Below are positions 37,632-49,591 of a stretch of DNA of 64,000 nucleotides, in pieces. Numbering within the stretch: the stretch's first letter is position 1; each line of letters begins with the position of its first letter. A program made the translations under genes and the position numbers. The DNA comes from Podarcis muralis (lineage: Eukaryota): contig NC_135661.1 of assembly GCF_964188315.1 (NCBI RefSeq), forward strand, positions 74,338,001 through 74,402,000. Reading direction: 5' to 3'. Below the pieces are notes generated by a model. It was not told the origin of the DNA. It was given only the letters and a program-made list of their open reading frames with translations, and did not search any database.

Positions 37632-38612
37632 GGTGGTGCTTCCTTCTTCCTTCGTCTTCTCAGTTCTGCAACCTCTGCTTAGTTCTTGGCGTTCCTCCTC
37701 CTGCCCCGGTTAGCTGCTAGAAGTCCTGCTTTCTCTCTCTCTTTCTCTGTTCTCCTACCCTTTCCTCACCTTCTGCCTTCCCTCTGCCTTTAGCGCCCTC
37801 TTCCTGTGGTCTAAGGTTCGTGTGTTGCCTCTGCAATGCTGGCCAGGCTTTGGGTCCTTCCTTTGGAGACTCCTAGATACGCAGCTTCTTAGACAGGACA
37901 GATTTGCTGTGTCTAGCTTTCCAGAAGAAGAGCGTGTGGAATGAGGGGCAAGCAACGAGCAAGAGACAGTTTTGTCCTGGGTGTTGCAACATAGGTCCAG
38001 GAAGCGAAGGATATTTCCTAGCCATGTAGTGCTGTAGTGTTTCTTTCGTCATCCTTGCTGTGGAAATGGACACACACAGCAGAGAGATTTTGCAATTCTC
38101 AAGTATCTGAGATGTCATCGGGTCTGCACAGGTTCATAAATTTGGGGAGACTTGTAGTCTCTCCCAGGCCAGATATACAGCTCCCACGTAGGAGAATCTG
38201 AGATGTTTCCTAATAAGGCATCCCTCTCTCTTTCATTATAAACTTTTAGGAAGAATTCAAAAACATTGCTGCTCCCTTAGGCATTTGTTGGGTGAAAATT
38301 TTTCTTGGCAGCCCTGAAATTATTTGCTGTGGGAGTAGAGGCTTCTTTTTTTAGAAGGTTTTTAACTGTTTTAAACTGGAGGGTTGTTTTAAACTTTTTT
38401 TGTAAGACTAAATCGCTTTATTACTGATGTGGTTGCTAATCTTCAGGAGGAAGGATGGGATGTAAGTTTAATAAAATGAATGAATGAATGAATGAATGAA
38501 TGAATGAATGAATGTAGTCTAGTCTATGTTGAATCCTAAATTTGGGTAGAAAGATACTGATCCTTTCATGCCACAAAAGACAGCTGCTGATCACCCTGGG
38601 ATGGAAAACATA

Positions 38613-38808
38613 NNNNNNNNNNNNNNNNNNNNNNNNNNNNNNNNNNNNNNNNNNNNNNNNNNNNNNNNNNNNNNNNNNNNNNNNNNNNNNNNNNNNNNNN
38701 NNNNNNNNNNNNNNNNNNNNNNNNNNNNNNNNNNNNNNNNNNNNNNNNNNNNNNNNNNNNNNNNNNNNNNNNNNNNNNNNNNNNNNNNNNNNNNNNNNNN
38801 NNNNNNNN
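38613..38808. other. Assembly gap (others at 49359-49591 and 52876-53121)
   Basis: Runs of N. Confidence 1.
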
Positions 38809-40314
38809 TGAACACCACAGCAATATGCAGATAATGGTTTTCTACAAATGCTCATATGACTCTCCTTTTGCTGTATTTCTCCTTTTGTGCAAACGGCAGC
38901 TAGAAACAGTGATTCCTGGCATTACATCCACCACGGGGGGGGGGGGGGGATTGTGGCTCATTTCACTCCAAACAAACCACAATCTGAAATCATTGCCTTT
39001 AGCAGTCATGGTTTGTTTGAGTGCCACAAACCCCCACCCTCGGTTTGGATGTGGTGCTAATCCAGGGGTCATGGTTTTATTGCTCCCACATCAATAATAA
39101 ACCATTAGCCTTTGTCATAATTTATCACCCACCCTTCCTCCTCAAAGCAGCACAGGGCAGCAAACACCCCCCCAAGTCAAAACATATACTGTTTTAGCCC
39201 GAATATAAGCCACACCTGAATATAAGCCGTACCTTTAAAATTAGAGGGGGAAAGTGGGGGGGGGACACCCCAAAACCCAAATATAAGCCATTCCATTCCT
39301 CGCTGCTCCAGGCTGCATACTAGGGGGGCCGGGGGGAGCCACGCTGCATTGCCGACGGCCTTTCCCCTTCCTTGCTCTCTCCCTTCCTGGCCTTGGGGGA
39401 GAGGATGGGGGAGTATGCACAGGGCGGCCACCGCTTTTCCAAGCTCCTGGTGCTGTTTGCCCCATGCTCCTGGCTGCATACTGTAAGGTCGTGAATATAA
39501 GCTGCACTTTAACTTTTCACGGATGGAATTTGGGAAAAAAGTGAGGCTTATTTCCAGGCCAATACAGTATTTGCCAAGTGCCCCATTTTCAGTGGGATGG
39601 ACCGCCTTTCCTTGAGGGTGCCCTGCCTTTGTCCCACAACGCTCTGGTTTTGTCATGGTGTGGAGAAGGGAGTCATGGGTGGCAGTGAGGGGTAGTGGGC
39701 GATGTGGTGCTCCGGTGTAAATCAGCTGGGTCGTGCCACAACACTGGAATGTATTTTGGTCTTGCGAGATCAAAGAATGCGTGTTTTGTTTCTGTGCTCT
39801 CACGCATGCAAGAAAGCTTGGAACAAAAAATGGAGCTTTCTAATTTTTGTGGGTAAAATGTCAGACGGTATGAAAACATTCTAAAAACCACGACAGTTTA
39901 AAAAAAAAAGTTCTAAAAGCAGTGAAAAATATTATCTCATCCAGTGATCTCTTATCTCATCCAGTGATCTCATGGTTGTCAAGGATATTGTCTTTCAGCC
40001 ACCAAACGCCTGGGTCAAATTCCTCCTGAAAAGTCAACAATGACTTTAAAAAGGTGGTGTACACTGAGCCACTCTTTCTGCTGTAAGAAAGCGGAGCACA
40101 ACTGTTTTGTAAATTTGCCCTTCCCCATGGATTTCTTACGAATGGGTTCACCATCTGAATTGCAGTTGGTTAATTACACAGACAGGTAAGCTTGCATAAC
40201 ATGTTGTGTGAATTAATCAGTATTTCTGAAGAGTGAAAAAAGAGTTCCTTTGTCTTTAAGATGCAAGTGTGGTATCAAACATCTTAGAACAACATGTCCA
40301 TCTGGTCTCAGATG

Positions 40315-40315
<1 letters not shown>

Positions 40316-40366
<51 letters not shown>

Positions 40367-40449
40367 TGTTGCACCAGGAACCATCTTAGAAGAGATACGA
40401 GAAGGAACTCTTCTAAAATGGCACCTACTGTTTACATTTTTGTAAGTGT

Positions 40450-40492
<43 letters not shown>
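40316..40492. repeat. (CA)n microsatellites (others: (TG)n 15703-15733, (GAT)n 29377-29418, (GAG)n 35733-35777, (GAAT)n 38477-38512 and 49218-49260)
   Basis: Direct inspection. Confidence 0.9.
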
Positions 40493-40496
<4 letters not shown>

Positions 40497-43400
40497 TTGG
40501 GAGCACAGGGTGAGTTAATCAATCTGCCTGACTGATTAAATACTGCTGTCCTTATTCAAATCTACAGAATGAAGGATCTAAGCTGATAGTTCTAGGAATG
40601 TGAAATGTGTTCCTGGAATGCGAATTGTGCAAACCCATGTAAACTAGTTCTGAGTAGGCGAGCTCCAAAGTGAAATTACAGGAACTGAGACAAAGACATC
40701 TGCCTGTAGTTTGCAAGTCCTTTGTTTAAGGAACCAAAAATAGAGTGTGGTATGCTTTTAGGCAGACAAATCCTCACTGCGGTCAGGAACAGGGCCTTTC
40801 AGATTTATTCATTTTATTTTAATAGTATTCATCCCATAAAGCATGTAGCCATGGGACTGCTGGGCCGGGAGGCAGTAAGTGGAGCCAGAGCCAATCACAG
40901 GCAGAACTGCCCCCTGTCTGGCTGTAAGTAAGAAGGCAGGCAGGTGGGGGCTGCCTGAGGTTTGGTGGGCCACTGTCCCATTTGCCCTCATGGACCAGTC
41001 TCCACTGAAAACACCTCCATCATATAATGTTGTTGGCACCCGCCTGTCTCAAGAGAATGAGGTGAAGTCAAACAGCTGTGCTAGCAGCACCAAAGTCACC
41101 TCCCTGGGGTGCAAGCCTGGGCAGTGTGTAAAGTGGTCCTGGTCTGTTCAGATGACAAGACTCTTGGAAAGCAGAGCAATACATTTAGCACCAGCTTGGC
41201 TGCAGGAGTTTCTGGAAGGAGGTGTAAAAGGCGCCACCCAACCGTCTTGGGGACTGAACTCCAGATTTGTGAAGGGGTTACTCCTTAGCTTTTCCTTCTC
41301 CTGAAGATATCCCGCAAAGCAGCGAAGGTTTAGGATCAGAGTTTTCCTTCTTCTAGGTAGAGTACCTTACAGGTTGACCAGCACCACCTGCCCCTCACTT
41401 GCCTCTACAGCACTTGCGGATACCACGTGTTGGACCCACTACAGTGGTACCTTGGTTCTCAAACACCTTGGTACTCAAACAACTTGGAATGCAAACACCG
41501 CAAGTAAGTGTTCCAGTTTGTGAACTTTTTTTGGAAGTTGAACATGCTCCGTCTTGAGTGTTACACTGAGGTCCATCTGTTTTTGCTATTTAATTTTGCC
41601 TTTTTGTTTTTGCGGCTCTTTTTGTTTTGTTTTTGTGACTGTTTGGAACCCAGTTCGGCTACTGAATGATTGATTGTGTGACTGTAGTACATTGTTTATT
41701 GCTCTCATTTTATGGATCAATGGTCTTGTTAGATTGTAAAATTCATATTAAATTGTTCTTTTAGGAGTTGTTTTTAAAAGCCTGGAATGGATTAATCCAT
41801 TTTGCATTACTTTCTATGGGAAAGCGTGCCTTACATTTGGAACACTTTGGTTTTGGAACGGACTTCGGGAAAGGATTAAGTTTGAGAACCCCAAGGTACC
41901 ACTGTATTGGTCTGAGACCCATCAGCTACCCTCCCTTGGTTTAGCCAGCCAATTGAAACCACTCTCAGGGTGTGGCCATTATCACGTGCTGACATCTTCT
42001 AGGAGCCACAGATGAGAGCTGAGTGCAAGGCAGGGGCACCAGCTCCTGGGAGCCGACCCCATTTGGCCCCCCTCAATATTTTTGGGAGAGTCTGGGGCCT
42101 TCATGTCCAAAAAGCATGGAGGTGAAGTGTGGAGCTGAGAGTGGCACAGCTCCAGTGGCTGACTCCTTCTCCTCCACCTCCTGCCATGGAATGGAAGGAG
42201 GGTCGAAGCAGCTTCCTGCTGGTGGCTGTTCCAGGAGGAGGTGGAGTCCAAGCCACCGGCCATTGAAGCCACCCGGCCTCCATGTTTATATACCTGAGAC
42301 CTTAAATTCTTATAACAATGCCCTCTCTGTAGCTATAATTTTTACTAAAAAAAATTATAATAACCTGGTAGCCACCTTATGATATATTGTAAATGGATGC
42401 TTTTGTGTAAATCTGAAGAGACTTGCATGTCAGGCTTCTTAAGAATATTCACAAGTGTGGCAGTGCAGATAGCTGGACATAGGATGTCACGTAAAAATAA
42501 CACAAGTTGCATTCTCTTACTAAATTACCTGTGGCATTCTAGCACTTTGGGAGAAACATTTTCTCAATACAGTGGTACCTCGGGTTGAAGGCGCTTCAAG
42601 TTACAGACGCTTCAGGTTACAGACTCCGCTAACCCAGAAATAGTACCTCTGGTTAAGAACTTTGCTTCAGGATCAGAACAGAAATCGTGCTCCGGCAGTG
42701 TGGCAGCAGCAGCAGGCCCCATTAGCTAAAGTGGTACCTCAGGTTAAGAACAGTTTCAGGTTAAGAACGGACCTCCGGAACGAATTAAGTTATTAACCCG
42801 AGGTACCACTGTGTTCTATGCTTTTCACTCAGCAGGAAGGTCCAAAAATGATTGAAACAGTTTGTTTCGTTTCTGCCTTTTTTGTGTTCTCAGGAGCCAA
42901 AGTTAGCTCTCCTCTAGTCTTTCACCTTCATCATACCACAGCAACAACAAACCCTGGTCTTAGGGGTTTCATGGAGCATGTCACATTGTACCCGCCACAA
43001 GTTTGGACATGTCATGAGAGAGATGTCTTTGCCTTGAACTTTCTATGGGCTTTTATTATCATAGGCTCTGGTCTTGCACTCTACGGAAGTTGCTCACTTG
43101 CTCTTAAGGACAAAAACAAAACAAAACAAAACATTTGCAGCCTGGATACACTTGCCCAATTCAAACTGAGTCCAATTAGAATTTATATAGCCCCATGGTT
43201 CTCAACTTTTGAAACCAATCTGTTAAAAACCATTCTTAAAAAAGGGCAGTTGTCCTAGTCTCGTGGGACAGAGCATTCCACCAGGTCGGAGCCCTCACTG
43301 AAAAAGCCCTGGCCCTAGTGGAGGATAGTCCTATAGCTTTCTAAGTTCTTTTTCTTCTTAGGTTGTGGTCAGAAAAGAGAAAATGCCCTTAATAATTCAA

Positions 43401-44451
43401 CTATTCAACACCCCTCCCCCACTGCCCTCAAGTCCTTTATGGATAGAAATTGCTGTGGCCACGCTGATGTCCTTTTGGCAGGGAATACTCTTGAAGCAAT
43501 GCAGGCTGGTTTCACCATTCAGTTTCCAATAACACATCCTTTGAAGAGACAGGCCTGCAGAGGGTTGGGGTCTGAAGACACAATCAGTTAAAAGAAAAAG
43601 GGAGTAAGAAAATAAATAGCCAAGGAAGGGGAGAATATCCTTCAAATTTCTTCTTAAGAAGCTGTAAACAATACAAAATTTTAGAGTTAAGCATTTTATT
43701 CATTTAATTATTATTATCACCTTTCCATATAATTACTACTGTTATTTTCTGCTCCGTCTGTTTACTTTCCTTCACTTAGTTTTTGGGTGTTGTGGGAGAA
43801 AAGAAGGGAAAAAACCTACATTTTTACACAAAGCACACAAAGGGGTATTTCTCACTGCAATTCCCTCCATGGTTCCCAATTTTACATTAAGAAATTTGAA
43901 TAAAGTTTCATGTGCAGGGCATAGCTTTGTCACCTCTTGTTTTAAACCTTCTTTTTATTTTCTTTCTAAGCTAACATAGCCTCTGTACATGTACAGAGTT
44001 CATGATTCAGCAAATCTATTATATCATTTAAAGTGTTGCATCTCCTGACTAAATTACTATTTGAATAAAGCCATGATTGGCTTTTCTTACCAGGGACTCG
44101 TGGAAGGGAAGGGGTAGATTTAAAAAATCTGTAAACAAAGAGCAGAAAAAGGATTGATAGAGGGAGAGTTTTTTTAGTTGCTGGGGTTGGAGAGTCCTGC
44201 CCACCTTCTTCCCCATGCACAGTCCCTTATACTCACTTCTGCAAGCGCTGCTCCTGGCGATCCTGGGATCTTTTACAAAATTATTTATGGCTGGCCTGAT
44301 CAAGTGTTGCTTCCTCTGGTTAGCCCCACTGGAACTCCAGTTATTTCCAGACCCTGGGATCGCTGGTGGACTGGTGGCTCCTCCTGGCAAATGGCCCGGT
44401 GCGCATTGGATCACCAGTCCTTCCTCACCCCCAGAATCTGGACAGCCAAAG

Positions 44452-44469
44452 CTCCTGCCTAGCTCACCA
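44452..44469 (-). promoter_or_regulatory. Retroviral primer-binding site, tRNA-Arg-like
   Basis: TGGTGAGCTAGGCAGGAG matches 15 of 18 nt of TGGCGAGCCAGCCAGGAG, the complement of the vertebrate tRNA-Arg(ACG) 3' end as I recall it. Confidence 0.7.
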
Positions 44470-44472
44470 TAT

Positions 44473-45104
44473 TGACGTAAACAAAATCTGCTCCTTTCTC
44501 CTTATGGGCTATCCAAGGACTCGTATAGAGTCCTTAAGCGAGTTCCTTATCAGTAGGAGAAAATAACAGGCCAACCAGAGAATACTGAGGAGCAAAGCAG
44601 CTACTGAGCTTGATCTTTATTAAACTGTTGCAACTGGGTCCTCACTCACCACAAGCAGAAGAGAGGAGGAACCCAGAACAATGGTGTGCAAGCCCTTATG
44701 TAGACTTTTGAAACTGCCCACCCTGTATCTCAAACATCATACACACATCACAGAAGGAGGCGGTCTACAACAGAAATCCTGTCTGCCAGGATACCTGACA
44801 ATGGCCAGTGATTGCTTACTTGGGGAGCCTGGCCATTATTTTGTGATAGTAAATACTTTAATTCCTGAATCCAGGTCACAAGCTCACCCTATTCATACAG
44901 AAAGATGCCCTAAAGACAGGTAAGCAAAAGACAATGGAGAGTCTTCCCCATTTCCTTCCTCCTTGCAGAGAAACATTTGAGGTCAATTTGGGAGATCCAA
45001 AATGGTTGTTCTCCTGTACTATTTCAGACACGTGGTTTACATACTCATGTATATGTTTGCCTTGTAAATTTATGAACATTTTTTATCTAAAATTTCTTGT
45101 AACA
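44473..45104 (-). mobile_element. ERV-type 5' LTR inserted in D3 exon 2
   Basis: TG...CA ends (minus strand TGTTACAAG...GTTTACGTCA); AATAAA at 44621-44616; homologous to the solo LTR at 18394-18989. It is followed after 3 nt by a PBS-like 18-mer. Confidence 0.85.
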
Positions 45105-45226
45105 ATGATGATATATAAAATAAGGAGCCCCAGCCCAATCCCGAAAGCGAGGTGAGAGAAGAGGCGTGCCATTCGGGAGTTTCTCTCGGCGGACGCGGCA
45201 TTTCCAGCGAAGTTGGCTTCTCTTGT
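45083..45226 (-). CDS. D3 coding exon 2 (47 aa + stop; final codons from an LTR)
   Basis: Acceptor ctctttctctgcag|ACA; TREANFAGNAASAERNSRMARLFSHLAFGIGLGLLILYIIIVTRNFR*. Similarity to D2 stops at 45105, and 45104 downward is LTR sequence. Confidence 0.88.
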   Translation of the reverse strand, partial: TREANFAGNAASAERNSRMARLFSHLAFGIGLGLLILYIIIVTRNFR

Positions 45227-47923
45227 CTGCAGAGAAAGAGAGAGAAGCGAGTGAGAAACCACACCGCCAGGGAACACCTCCAGCATGCAGAAGTGGCAAG
45301 CTGAGAAACAGCTGCCTGGTGTTAGCCAACGAAGAATCTTGTTGCTTGAGGCTATCAGTCACTTACCAGTAACCTTGTGGTTTTAGTCTGGAACCTAGCA
45401 GAGCAGAGCAAGACTGTAAGCCAGGCATAGGCAAACCCGGCCCTCCAGATGTTTTGGGACTACAAATCCCATCACCCCTAGCTAACAGGACCAGTGGTCA
45501 GGGATGATGGGAATTGTAGTCTCAAAACATCTGGAGGGCCGGGTTCATATCGTATGTTTAAAACACCCACCCCACAAAAATCCTGGGAGCTGTAGTTTGT
45601 TAAGAGTGGCTGGGAACTGAGAAATGTGCTTTAAATGGACTTTTTGAAATGTGTGGTGCATATGTAGCCACAAGTTCTATGGCAAGGCGCACTGCATAAG
45701 AGCATGGCAACCCTGATCAGGCCAGTAGCCTGTCTAGCCAAGCATCATGTTCTCACATTATGCAATGTTTTAAAGTGAGAAAGAGAAGAGAAGGAGGGAG
45801 GAGGGAGCCGCAGCAGCAGCAGCAGCAGCAGCAGCGAACTAGAAGGGTAGAAAGAGAGAATAAGAAAGTGAATGTGGGTTAGAGAAAGGTAAATGAAATA
45901 TACCCTAGAGAAAGATTAGATGAAGGTAGCCTATTCTTTGGTGGTGGAGAGGAGATTATGAGCCTCTGCTCCCCACTCCTTGGCGTTGGGGTATCCCGAT
46001 TAAGAGATCCACAAGGAGGCGCTTCTGTCCATACATCCAGGCTAAGAGCCACAGCACTCCCCAATGCCGCAAGTCTGTGCAGGTTGCATTTATTTAATGT
46101 ATGTCATGGGTCGACCCCAAATCAGGGTTGGTCCCCAGAATCCCTCCAGCAGGCTGACTGGAGAAGATGGTGGCTGCTCATTGCCAAGCCAAAACTCAGT
46201 TACACTTGTAATCAACAAAGTTGTGGCCTAATTGAACCTCACGGAATGTTTCCTGTAGTCCTTGTTTTACTGATATGGCCCGATGGGGAGGGGTTCACGG
46301 TCCCTGGGCACACAGTTATGGAGAACTCGCTTACAATGAGCATTTGCACAACTCCTTGCTCGGGGGCGATGCACAAAGAAGGGAAATGAGCCCATTGACG
46401 CGAGCCGTATCCTGGATCACATCCACATTTAAGCTGGGTCACACCAGTGGCTTTCTGCCATACTCTCTCTCTCTCTCTCTCTGCTAATTTCATGCACATT
46501 GTTTTAAAGGGAGGAAGAGAGGAGGAGGTGCAGGGGAGAGGAGGAGGAGGAGGAGGAGAGAATAAGGAAGAAAGAGAAAGGAAAATCAAACATGCCCCAA
46601 GAGAAAGATCAGATGGGTAGCTCAGTCTGCTAGAGCATAGTGCTGATAACGCCAAGGTTGCAGGTTCGACCCTCCAATGGGAGAGCTGCATATTTCTGTA
46701 TTGCAGGGGGTTGGACTAGATGATCCTCAGGGGCCTCCTGACTCTACAATTATACAATTCTGTGAATGCATGCAGTAAAAGAGGAAGGAAGGAAGACAAA
46801 GGTGGATCCCAGTTCTCGAAACACAGAGCACTGAGCCTGGATCCAGCATTAGCTGTGCCATAATCAGGTTGGTATTGGGGAGGCATAGAGAGCTCTTTGC
46901 CCCACAGCTGATCATCTGCAGCATCATGCCCAGTGAAGAATTGGCCCTTGATCTAAGGATATGAGGAACAATCTCCTAGCTGTGTGGCAAGATATTCCAG
47001 GTGACCATCTCACCAAGTTGCAAACAGATCCATGGTTAGTTAGCTCTTGCCAAAGAGTCGGTTTTCCAACCACAGTCCTCATTGCATTAAAATAAAAAAG
47101 TTTGATTCCACATCACACCTTTAACCATGCCTGGATTCTGAAGCTAAGTGGTGGCATGATATTCATTTTGTTATTATTTATTAAATGCACATACTGCCCT
47201 TTATCTGAGGATCACATGGTGGGTACCTACCTATCAAGGTTAAGTCGGTGCAACAATTTGTTCCCTTTAAGGTGCTATGAGACTCTCCCTTGCTCACACC
47301 GCAACAGACTAGCAGATAGACACCTTTGCAAAGCAATTTCCCATAATACGATGCAATCCTTTCTTAGATGTTGCTTTTATGAGTGTATGCATTTTACGCA
47401 CGTTTTGCCCTAGCGTTTGCGTTTTGGTACACACATACTTGGCTGGAGAACTGTGTTGCAAAATACAGAGAAGTTTACATTTTGGGAGGAGGACTGTTTT
47501 TCGGTTTGTGTATCATTTCGGAAAGAGCAAATTAGGTAGGTTTGCCTTTCAATTCAAACTGCATCAAGTTTCTCTCCTCACTCCCCTCCCATCGTGCCAA
47601 TGCTTGGACTGCAAAGGGAAATATCTTTCAATGAAATCCAGAAGTCCCACTCCCAATTACAGCCAAATTATAGCTTGCGATGTCACCTTCCAAAAACAGC
47701 ACTTAAGCCAATGCTAGTCCTACTCAGAGCAGACCCACTGAAATCAATGACCATTACAAACTTGGACCCATTATTTGCAATGGGTCTTCTCTGAGTAGAA
47801 CTCAGTTGGGTGCAACCCCTTGTTACTAAGGGGGGGGGGAAATGCCTTTTTGCCTCCTTTGTTTTCTAGCAAAGCCTCACCCCCACCCCCATTTGTTTGC
47901 CTCTCCCTTTCACACACACCTAC

Positions 47924-48370
47924 CTGTACAGAGTAGACCAAGGCGACAATACCAAGAGGTAAGCAGCAGCAGAGCATGGTGAAGATGGAGTAGATCAAGT
48001 AATCGGGTTCATTGGTGGGCTCTACAGGTGTGACGTAGACCGCCTGTGGAGGTTGAAGGACTGGGCGTAGGTGAGATCCCGCAACGGGTGGGCCATAGTA
48101 AGGCATTGCCCCATAGCCTGCTTGAGGTGCTGGCATAGCCCCATAGCCTGCTTGGGGTGCTGGCATTGGCCCATAGCCTGCTTGGGGTGCTGGCATTGCC
48201 CCATAGCCTGCATGAGGTGCTGGCATTAACCCATAGCCTGCTTGGGGTGCTGGCCCAGGAGGCTGTTTCAGTGGGTCAGGCTCTGTATAGGCATCTATTT
48301 CAGAGTAGGCAGGGGGGTTCTGAGCGGCAAGTGCCTTCTCACCCAGCTTTTCATGCTTTGGGTTGCTCAT
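47924..48370 (-). CDS. D3 CD225/dispanin-family protein, coding exon 1 (149 aa from the homologous ATG; splices to 45226)
   Basis: ATG at 48370 is homologous to the D2 start (an in-frame upstream ATG lies at 48442). Contains five PAPQAGYGAM-type repeats and EPDYLIYSIFTMLCCCLPLGIVALVYSVQ; donor CAG|GTAGGT, phase 0. Confidence 0.92.
48103..48252 (-). repeat. Coding minisatellite, 5 x 30 bp (PAPQAGYGAM) in D3; 2 copies in D2 at 37454-37513
   Basis: Exact 30-nt periodicity of GCATTGCCCCATAGCCTGCTTGGGGTGCTG (plus strand). Confidence 0.95.
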
Positions 48371-49591
48371 TGTGGTGCTTTCTTCTTCTTCCTTTGTCTT
48401 CTCAGTTCTGGAACCTCTGCTCAGTTCTTGGTGTTCCTCCATTGTGGCTGCCCTGGTTAGCTGCTGGGTGTCCTGCTCTCTCTCTCTCTCCCCCCCCCCC
48501 CCCCCGTTCTCCTACCCTCTGCCTTAAAACCCTCTTCCTGTGGTCTGGGTCTTCTTTAAGGTGTGTGTGTTGCCTCTGCAATGCTGGCCAGGCTTTGGGT
48601 CCTTCCTTTGGAGACTCCTAGATACGCAGCTTCTTAGACAGGACAGATTTGCTGTGTCTAGCTTTCCAGATGAAGAGCGTGTGGAATGAGGGGCAAGCAA
48701 TGAGCAAGAGACAGTTTTGTCCTGGGTATTGCAACACAGGTCCAGGAAGTGGAGGATATTTCCTGGCCATGTAGTGCTGTAGTTCTTTTCCGTCATCCTT
48801 GCTGTGGACATGGACACACACGGCAGAGAGATTTTGCAATTCTCAAGTATCTGAGATGTCATCGGGTCTGCGCAGGTTCATAAATTTGGGGAGGCTAGTA
48901 GTTTCTCCCAGGCCAGATATACAGCTCCCACGTAGGAGAATCTGAGATGTGCCCTAATAAGGCATCCCTCTCTCTTTCATTATAAACTTTTAGGAAGAAT
49001 TCAAAAACATTGCTGCTCCCTTAGGCATTTGTTGGCTGAAAGATCTGTTCTTGGCAACCCTGAAATTATTTGCTGTGGGAGTAGAGGCCTTTTTAAAAGA
49101 TGTTTTTAACTCTTAAACTGGAGAGTTGTTTTAAACTGTTTTTGTAAGATTAAATTGCTTCATTATTGATGTGGTTGCTACTCCTTAGGAGGAAGGGCAG
49201 GATGTAAGTTTAATAAAATGAATGAATGAATGAATAAATGAATGAATGAATGAATGAATGTAGTCTAGTCTATGTTGAATCCTAAATTTGGGTAGAAATC
49301 CAAAGATACTGATCCTTTCATGCTAGAGAAGACAGCTGCTGAATGCCATGGGATGGAANNNNNNNNNNNNNNNNNNNNNNNNNNNNNNNNNNNNNNNNNN
49401 NNNNNNNNNNNNNNNNNNNNNNNNNNNNNNNNNNNNNNNNNNNNNNNNNNNNNNNNNNNNNNNNNNNNNNNNNNNNNNNNNNNNNNNNNNNNNNNNNNNN
49501 NNNNNNNNNNNNNNNNNNNNNNNNNNNNNNNNNNNNNNNNNNNNNNNNNNNNNNNNNNNNNNNNNNNNNNNNNNNNNNNNNNNNNNNNNNN

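Larger units (their letters stand above)
33185..38940. repeat. Segmental duplicate unit A (D2), paralogous to unit B at about 45105-53250 (D3)
   Basis: Colinear shared exons, MITE, SINE, (CAG)n, (GAG)n and (GAAT)n tracts and gap flanks. B lacks about 34070-34975 of A. Confidence 0.9.

Noticed and set aside
38436-38855. Poly-X ORFs over the N runs (also around 49320-49734 and 52700-53576)
   Set aside because: Artefacts of translating assembly gaps.
48371-48442. 24-aa N-terminal extension of D3 from the upstream ATG at 48442
   Set aside because: The ATG is absent at the homologous D2 position, and the 48370 ATG matches the other paralogs and has a good Kozak context. The extension is possible but unsupported.
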